DNA of 32,000 nucleotides from Candidatus Heimdallarchaeota archaeon (GTDB lineage Archaea; Asgardarchaeota; Heimdallarchaeia; JABLTI01): NCBI GenBank assembly GCA_030614005.1, contig JAUWKS010000031.1, positions 6,096 to 38,095 of the forward strand, read 5' to 3'. Shown piece by piece: positions 26,136 to 32,000 of this stretch (position 1 is its first letter; each line of letters starts with the position of its first letter). The notes under the pieces were generated by a model. It saw only the letters and a program-made list of their open reading frames with translations, ran no database searches and was not told where the DNA came from. The position numbers and the translations under genes were made by a program.

Positions 26136-27905
26136 ATGACGAAGATACACTATGAGATTAGCATGACAAATCCACATAATCATTTGTTCGAAGTCAAAAT
26201 GGTTGTGACTGATTTTGTGGACGAAAAAGCGACCTTAAAAATGGCTGTTTGGACTCCTGGTTCTTACTTGGTAAGAGAATACTCGAGACATATTCAAGAC
26301 TTCAGAGTCGAGGTTGAAGGCTCTCCTCTCGCATTTCAGAAGACCAAAAAGAACACTTGGGTGGTAGAAACTAAAGGAAATAGCTCCTTTGTAGTGTCCT
26401 ATAATGTTTATGCTTTTGAATTTTCAGTGAGAACTTCATATCTAGATGGAGAACATGGATTCTTCAATGGCGCTTGCGTTTTTATGTATCTTGAGAACAA
26501 ATTGGATCTTTCATCAACAATAAAAATCATCCCCTACAAAAAATGGCACATTTCAACTCCATTGAAATTCAATGAGGAAACTGGGTTATATCAATCAAAA
26601 GACTTCGATGAAATTGTTGATTCCCCTGTTGAGTGTGGTACACATTCAAAAGACTTTTTCGACGTTTTAGGCAAGACACATGAAGTAGCTATTTTTGGTC
26701 ATGGAAATTTCAACAAGAAACAGCTTCTATCTGACCTCAAAAAAATAGTTGAAAAACAGGGAGAGTTTTTCGGAGGACTTCCATATGACAATTATGTATT
26801 CATTATTCATTTTGTAGAAGGACAATACGGAGGTTTGGAACATAAAAATTGCAATGTCTCTGTTTACCCTGGATCAAAAATGAGAAAGATGGATGATTAC
26901 ATAGGTTTTCTTGGGTTAGAATCACACGAATACTTCCATACATGGAATGTAAAAAGAATAAGACCACAACCCCTGGGTCCGTTTGATTATGAAAATGAGA
27001 ATTATACTCGTTGTTTGTGGCTTTGTGAAGGTTGGACCAGCTATTATCAAGATATCTGGTTAGTTAGAGCCGGAATAATCACTCCTGATCAGTATCTAAC
27101 ATTGCTGGGAAAAACATTGGATAAAGTCTTGACTGTTCCTGGTCGTTTCAAACAATCTGCAGCTCAGAGTTCTTTTGATGCTTGGATTAAGCTTTATAGA
27201 AGAGATGAAAATACCATCAATACTACTATTTCCTATTACTCTCGAGGAAAAACAAATGCTGCAATGGGTTTAGACTTTTGGTTAAGGAATGAAACCAACA
27301 ACCAGAAAAGTTTGGATGATATCTTGCTTTATCTCTGGAAGAACTATGGAGAAAAGGATATTGGTTTCCCAGAAGAGAAAATACTCGAGATAATGTCTGA
27401 AGCTGTGGGAATTGATCTTTCAGACTTTTTCTACCGATTCATTGAAGGGAAGGATGATATACCAAACGATTGGTTCAACTTTGCTGGTCTCGAGGTTAAA
27501 CCGGAGAATAAAACAAAAGAAAAAGATCGGAAAGAAGGCATTCCTTTCTTAGGTTGGATGCTCCAGACAAAAGAAAACAAACTTTTAGTGAAATCTGTTC
27601 TCAGTGGTTCGCCAGCAGAAGAGGCAGGGATCTATGCAAGAGATGAAATAATAGCAATTAATGATCTAAGAGTTTCCCCGAAAGAAAATATGCCTGAATA
27701 TCTATTGAATTTTAAACCAAAACAAAAAATCAAGATTACTCTGTTCAGGTTTAATAAACTTTACCAGGTGAAAGCTACTCTTCGAAAAGCACCATTTGAT
27801 AAATTCACAATAGAACCTTTAGAGGAGCCTGATGAAAAAGCTAAAAATATTCTTGAAGCCATTATTGGTCAACCATTTCCAGTAAAAAAAGAAAAAGATA
27901 AGTAA
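26136..27905 (+). CDS. M61 family glycyl aminopeptidase with C-terminal PDZ domain
   Basis: MAVWTPGSYLVREY, VDSPVE, GGLEH, SHEYFHTWNVKRIRP (HExxH), LWLCEGWTSY, ISYYSRG, GSPAEEAGI..DEIIAIN; GAGGA SD. Confidence 0.93.
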   Translation: MTKIHYEISMTNPHNHLFEVKMVVTDFVDEKATLKMAVWTPGSYLVREYSRHIQDFRVEVEGSPLAFQKTKKNTWVVETKGNSSFVVSYNVYAFEFSVRTSYLDGEHGFFNGACVFMYLENKLDLSSTIKIIPYKKWHISTPLKFNEETGLYQSKDFDEIVDSPVECGTHSKDFFDVLGKTHEVAIFGHGNFNKKQLLSDLKKIVEKQGEFFGGLPYDNYVFIIHFVEGQYGGLEHKNCNVSVYPGSKMRKMDDYIGFLGLESHEYFHTWNVKRIRPQPLGPFDYENENYTRCLWLCEGWTSYYQDIWLVRAGIITPDQYLTLLGKTLDKVLTVPGRFKQSAAQSSFDAWIKLYRRDENTINTTISYYSRGKTNAAMGLDFWLRNETNNQKSLDDILLYLWKNYGEKDIGFPEEKILEIMSEAVGIDLSDFFYRFIEGKDDIPNDWFNFAGLEVKPENKTKEKDRKEGIPFLGWMLQTKENKLLVKSVLSGSPAEEAGIYARDEIIAINDLRVSPKENMPEYLLNFKPKQKIKITLFRFNKLYQVKATLRKAPFDKFTIEPLEEPDEKAKNILEAIIGQPFPVKKEKDK

Positions 27906-28012
27906 TGAAGAAAAGTTACCAAATTCAAAAAGTAGAAACTGAAAATTAACATTATGATATAAACTGAATATTCAAATAGTCTTTCATTGTCGTTTACGAC
28001 AGAGTGCAAAAA

Positions 28013-29578
28013 ATGGTAAATAACAATGTTGTAGCAGTAATTGATTTTGGAGGACAATATGCACATCTTATTGCTCGTAGAGTACGAGATTTAGGTGTTC
28101 TATCAGAAATTTTCAGCTGGGAATCTACTCCTGCTGATTTGAAAAGCCATAATGTAAAAGCAGTTATCTTTTCTGGTGGACCAAACAGCGTATATGATAC
28201 CAAAGCTCCAAAAATCTCGAATGAGACAATGAGCTTTCTTGAAAAGGAGAAAATACCTATCTTAGGATTATGTTATGGTCATCATTTCATTTCTCAGTTT
28301 TTCGGCGGAAAAGTTGTTCCAGGTAAAAAGAGAGAATATGGTAATACTGTAATTCAAATTTCAGATAAATCACACCTCTTCATAAATTTTGAAAATGAGA
28401 GCAATGTATGGATGTCTCATGGTGATAAAGTGTCTGAATTACCTGAGGGTTTCAAAACTACCGCTTCTAGTGACAACTGTGAGATTGCTGCTTTTGAAAA
28501 CTTGGAGAAAATGCTTTTTGGTCTGCAATTTCATCCAGAAGTTGTTCACACAGAGAATGGTACTCAATTAATTGCTAATTTTCTTTTTGATATTGCTAAA
28601 TTGGAAAAAAATTGGTCAATGGAAAGCTACATCGAAGAGCAAATACAACAAATACGGGATGAAGTAGGGGATAATCGAGTTATTATTGGAGTCAGTGGTG
28701 GTGTAGATTCAACTGTCTCAGCGATTCTTATGCACAAAAGTATTGGTGATAAATTACATTGTGTTTTTGTTGATCATGGTTTTATGCGGAAAGATGAACC
28801 TGAAGAAGTTGAACGATTCTTCAAACAGGAACTGGATTTCAAGTATTTTTACAGAATTGATGCACGAAAGGATTTCCTCGATGCTTTGAAAGGGGTTTCT
28901 GATCCCGAAGAAAAAAGAAAAATTGTTGGTCATAAATTCATAGAAACTTTTGAAACTTTTGAAAAAGAACTCGAGAAGAAACATGGTAAATTTGGTTATC
29001 TTGTGCAAGGAACAATTTACCCGGATCGAATTGAATCTGCTCAACCTTCTAAAACTGCTGCTAAAATAAAAACTCATCATAATATTGCACTCCCCGAGAA
29101 AATGTCTTTTAAAGTTATTGAACCTCTGAAAGAGCTTTACAAAGATGAAGTTCGCAAAGTAGGCCGATTACTAAATATCTCTTCTGAGCTTATTGAAAGG
29201 CACCCATTCCCCGGTCCTGGATTATCTGTTCGGATTTTGGGTGAATTAACTCAAGAGAAACTAGATACTTTGAAGGAAGTTGATGCAATCTTTATTGGAG
29301 AGATCAAGAAACGCGGTGAATATCTAAATTATTGGCAGAGTTTTTCTGTTTTACTTCCTGTGAAATCCGTCGGTGTTATGGGTGATTCTCGAACCTATGA
29401 GTGGACTGTTGTTTTACGTTCAGTAAATTCCGTGGATGCTATGACTGCTGATTGGTCAAAAATACCTTACGAAACACTTGCTGTCATTTCTAATAAAATA
29501 ATTAACACTGTTAAACGGGTTAACAGAGTAGTATATGATATTACTTCAAAACCACCTGCAACGATAGAATGGGAATAA
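28013..29578 (+). CDS. guaA: GMP synthase (glutamine-hydrolysing), fused GATase plus synthetase
   Basis: IDFGGQY, SGGPNSV, GLCYG, WMSHGD, QFHPEV, SGGVDS, QGTIYPD, IKTHHN, HPFPGPGL, YDITSKPPATIEWE. ATG 28013 preferred over GTG 28004. Confidence 0.97.
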   Translation: MVNNNVVAVIDFGGQYAHLIARRVRDLGVLSEIFSWESTPADLKSHNVKAVIFSGGPNSVYDTKAPKISNETMSFLEKEKIPILGLCYGHHFISQFFGGKVVPGKKREYGNTVIQISDKSHLFINFENESNVWMSHGDKVSELPEGFKTTASSDNCEIAAFENLEKMLFGLQFHPEVVHTENGTQLIANFLFDIAKLEKNWSMESYIEEQIQQIRDEVGDNRVIIGVSGGVDSTVSAILMHKSIGDKLHCVFVDHGFMRKDEPEEVERFFKQELDFKYFYRIDARKDFLDALKGVSDPEEKRKIVGHKFIETFETFEKELEKKHGKFGYLVQGTIYPDRIESAQPSKTAAKIKTHHNIALPEKMSFKVIEPLKELYKDEVRKVGRLLNISSELIERHPFPGPGLSVRILGELTQEKLDTLKEVDAIFIGEIKKRGEYLNYWQSFSVLLPVKSVGVMGDSRTYEWTVVLRSVNSVDAMTADWSKIPYETLAVISNKIINTVKRVNRVVYDITSKPPATIEWE

Positions 29579-29585
29579 GAAAAAT

Positions 29586-29612
29586 AAAATAAGGATTTAA
29601 TTTCCTTATTTT
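29586..29612. terminator. Bidirectional hairpin between convergent genes
   Basis: AAAATAAGGA-TTTAATT-TCCTTATTTT, 10-bp stem between the guaA stop and the stop at 29612. Confidence 0.6.
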
Positions 29613-31465
29613 TACGTTTCTTTTTCAGTACTATTCTGGTTATTGATTAACTGTTTTTTCGATTGTAACCAGATTATCAACATTAAAACAAATGCTGCTA
29701 TGTAGATAAAACTGCTTAGATTTGCTATAACCATAAACCCATAGAAATCAGCAATATTAGGTAACTGCCAACCTGGCCAAGGGCCATATCTGCTAATATA
29801 ATAGAGAACATAAGCAAATGCTGATACAGAGAGAAAGGCTATTGATCCTACTGAAGAACGCAGAAAATGCTTTTGCCATTCTTTGTAGGTAGTCGGCTTG
29901 TTCTCTTCTTTACGGAATCTTAAGTAAACAAATAGCCACGGTAAGAATATTCCTAAAATTAGCAATATGAAAAATGCTGTTAGATTAGGAATTAATGCTT
30001 GATTTACACTATTAAATTGAGATGTTCCATAATTGAATCCACCAATAAGAAACATAACAACTACAACGAGTAAAGCAATTACCGAACCTAATATTTCAGG
30101 AATGATTAGTTCTTTTGTAAAAACATCGAAATGAGTGATTTCAATTAATTTCAATCTTAATAGAATGAAAATTGCTAGTGCAATTATTACAAATATTCCT
30201 ATCATCATCAAGTTTCGGGTTAATTTTTCTACTGACCCATATTGGAAGAAAAGATTGCTTAAGAGTAATCGTGAGTTTTGTTCTGCAAGTTGTGAAGAAA
30301 CTATAGTTTCATTATAATTAGTTGCTGTGAATTGCGATTTTGCAAAAGTAATATTGCTTGTAACTATTGGAAGAAGGTTTGTATATATCATCCTTGTTTT
30401 TGCTGATAATAATTTCACTTTCGCTAAAGAAATATTCAGGTGTTGTAACATTATCTCTGCTTTTTGAATACAATAAATTGCGTTTGTTTTAGTGGAAGTT
30501 GCTATATTATCAAAAATAATTGCTCCATTCATTGATGGTGCTAAAGGTAATCCCATCATCGCAAGAATTGTTGGAATAACATCATTCATTCTTGTAAGAT
30601 TGTCATTTATGATTCCTTCTGATTTTATACCCTTACCAGACATGATTAAACAAGCGTGTGTCTCTTGTTCAGTCAAACCTCCGTGCCCACCTACATCCAA
30701 CATTCCATGATCACTGAAAACTATCACTGTTGTATTTTCTAGTTGCCCAAGTGAAGCATAAAGGTCTAGTATTTCACCAATATAGATATCTGCATTAATT
30801 ATTGCTTGAGCATATTCTTCTGATGCGCCACCAAATTCATGTCCACTTCCATCGACATCACTAAAAGTTACCATCTGTATTTTTGTAAAATTATTTTCTA
30901 TTGATGTAAGAGCAGCATCTCGAACAAGAGCATCTTGATTAATTCCATGGTATTCAGTTTCAACTTTTACTAATACATCTGTACTTCTTTCCAGACACAT
31001 TCTCCAACCACCCCCACCAGTTACTAATCCGGTTGAAATATCTGTTGTTTTTATTATGTCATAAAAAGTTGGTATTTCTAGCTCTTTATCAAACCCATTT
31101 GCATAAACATCAGTAATATTAGTAGTTGATCCTGTCGAAAAGCTAGCATAGTTTACTCTACTATAGCTGGGTTGTATCGAATAGTAATTTGAAAAAGTGG
31201 TTCCATTTGCTCTTAAACGATCGATATTTGGAGTATTTACTTCAAGCATTCGATCATATCTCATACCATCAACAAATAATATCAGAACTTGATCAGTGAT
31301 GTTTTCAGGTGTATCAACTAGGGATACTGGCACAAGATCATCTTTAATGTTTAAACCATTATTGAGATCGAATTGGCTAGATAATGCTCTCATTCCAAAT
31401 GATATTTGAATAGCAAAAATAAGAATAAACCATATTACAAGCATATTAATTTTTTTTCGGGACAA
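29612..31465 (-). CDS. Membrane-anchored alkaline-phosphatase-superfamily protein with C-terminal multi-TM domain (GPI ethanolamine-phosphate transferase-like architecture)
   Basis: N-terminal TM; FVDGMRYD; PSYSRVNY; DVDGSGH; FSDHGM..GGHGG; DVIPTILAMMG; five C-terminal TMs. TTG 31465 preferred (AGGAG 8 nt upstream); track start is GTG 31474. Confidence 0.85.
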   Translation of the reverse strand: MSRKKINMLVIWFILIFAIQISFGMRALSSQFDLNNGLNIKDDLVPVSLVDTPENITDQVLILFVDGMRYDRMLEVNTPNIDRLRANGTTFSNYYSIQPSYSRVNYASFSTGSTTNITDVYANGFDKELEIPTFYDIIKTTDISTGLVTGGGGWRMCLERSTDVLVKVETEYHGINQDALVRDAALTSIENNFTKIQMVTFSDVDGSGHEFGGASEEYAQAIINADIYIGEILDLYASLGQLENTTVIVFSDHGMLDVGGHGGLTEQETHACLIMSGKGIKSEGIINDNLTRMNDVIPTILAMMGLPLAPSMNGAIIFDNIATSTKTNAIYCIQKAEIMLQHLNISLAKVKLLSAKTRMIYTNLLPIVTSNITFAKSQFTATNYNETIVSSQLAEQNSRLLLSNLFFQYGSVEKLTRNLMMIGIFVIIALAIFILLRLKLIEITHFDVFTKELIIPEILGSVIALLVVVVMFLIGGFNYGTSQFNSVNQALIPNLTAFFILLILGIFLPWLFVYLRFRKEENKPTTYKEWQKHFLRSSVGSIAFLSVSAFAYVLYYISRYGPWPGWQLPNIADFYGFMVIANLSSFIYIAAFVLMLIIWLQSKKQLINNQNSTEKET

Positions 31466-31629
31466 ATCAGACACTCCTAATAGTTAGCAATAGATTCCAA
31501 TTGCAATTAACTTGAATTGTACACAATCTATTTATGAACTTCAACAATAGATATTAATTTACCTCTAAAAACTAAATGTTCTTTCTGAATATGCATTAAT
31601 AAAAAAAGAAATGGAAGATATTTTACATC

Positions 31630-31950
31630 TTATTCCAATAAATCAATACGACTAGATTTAGATTTTTTTGACTTGACAAGAGTGATAACTTTTTTCTCTT
31701 CCTCTATTTTTAATGGTTTCATTTTCTTCTTGTAATAGACTGCTAATAGGACAATTGGCAAAATAACAAGGAAAATTAAGCATAAAGCAAAAACTATCCC
31801 ACTTATTACTCCTGGATTAGAAAATAAAAATGCTGAGGAACTAAAAACACTAATTGCACTTGTAATAGAGATAGCAACCATTATCATCATAAATTTGCTT
31901 TGTAGTACTGCGTATTCCTTTTCTTGAGTTTTTTCTTCTTTTTGTGTCAT
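31630..31950 (-). CDS. Small membrane protein with two hydrophobic segments, unknown function
   Basis: ATG 31950 with GAGGA SD, overlapping the upstream TGA (ATGA). The track start 31977 overlaps the upstream gene. Confidence 0.65.
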   Translation of the reverse strand: MTQKEEKTQEKEYAVLQSKFMMIMVAISITSAISVFSSSAFLFSNPGVISGIVFALCLIFLVILPIVLLAVYYKKKMKPLKIEEEKKVITLVKSKKSKSSRIDLLE

Positions 31951-32000
31951 AATTCTTCCTCTTCTTCTGATATGCATTTCACTCCTTCTTCAGGATGATA
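31947..32000 (-). CDS. 3' end of a gene entering from beyond the right edge (...YHPEEGVKCISEEEEEL*)
   Basis: Open frame from the window edge to TGA at 31947, in ATGA overlap with the next gene. Confidence 0.45.
   Translation of the reverse strand, partial: YHPEEGVKCISEEEEEL

Noticed and set aside
27905-27949. 14-aa ORF in TAATG overlap after the M61 gene
   Set aside because: The ATG arises from tandem stops TAA-TGA; too short and unsupported.
8585-28001. 6-bp-arm palindromes GTCTTA-N6-TAAGAC (8585-8602) and TGTCGT-TT-ACGACA (27988-28001)
   Set aside because: Arms this short are expected by chance several times in 32 kb.
3824-31000. Remaining short ORF-track entries overlapping larger genes (e.g. 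3824, 4470, 4731, 5009, 5702, 7702, 7759, 8037, 10997, 12756, 13291, 16292, 16945, 17389, 17833, 19138, 19912, 20628, 27869, 27994, 28389, 28754, 30135, 30492)
   Set aside because: Each overlaps a motif-supported gene in another frame or strand and has no independent evidence.
31467-31547. 26-aa TTG ORF (..WNLLLTIRSV) upstream of the PIG-N-like gene, echoing LLLT of peptide 1
   Set aside because: No ATG, SD 13 nt away, no KQIxK/RN motif; length attainable by chance.
1-32000. tRNA, rRNA, transposase or integrase genes
   Set aside because: No GC-rich structured RNA-like stretch in the intergenic regions and no DDE or tyrosine-recombinase motifs in any ORF.

Overview
AT-rich, gene-dense archaeal window. 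Archaeal origin is supported by GGTGA/GGAG/GAGGT Shine-Dalgarno sites, TTTATA-type boxes, an adjacent rsmA-hemK2 pair, a KaiC/RAD55-like gene and an archaeal-type REC domain. The 'IDLSPL' LRR family and overall gene content suggest an Asgard archaeon (Heimdall-/Thorarchaeia-like); this is inference. Left to right: a >1170-aa REC-GAF-PAS sensor that runs off the left edge and is missing from the ORF track; an AGPS/GlcD-like FAD oxidoreductase plus CCG Fe-S partner; an extended SDR; a KaiC-like protein with a degenerate P-loop; rsmA; hemK2; an unknown protein; a HAD phosphatase; an MFS transporter; a standalone condensation-domain acyltransferase flanked by a 25-bp direct repeat; a TIM-barrel protein; a SIRT6-like sirtuin; an ArsR/membrane/ABC-2 block with a palindromic operator candidate; a decayed aldo/keto-reductase ferredoxin-tail relic; a peptidase-rich island (TPR-aspartyl protease, LRR, beta-lactamase-family hydrolase, alpha/beta hydrolase, M61-PDZ); guaA; and a PIG-N-like phosphotransferase. 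The most notable observation is two unannotated small ORFs (29 and 35 aa). Each has its own SD and TATA, they share an ungapped motif KQIxKxx[DE]xxRN followed by a hydrophobic tail, and each heads a hydrolase transcription unit. No rRNA, tRNA, CRISPR array or transposase was seen. Several ORF-track starts were moved to downstream in-frame codons on SD spacing. All family assignments come from motif recognition; no database search was run.
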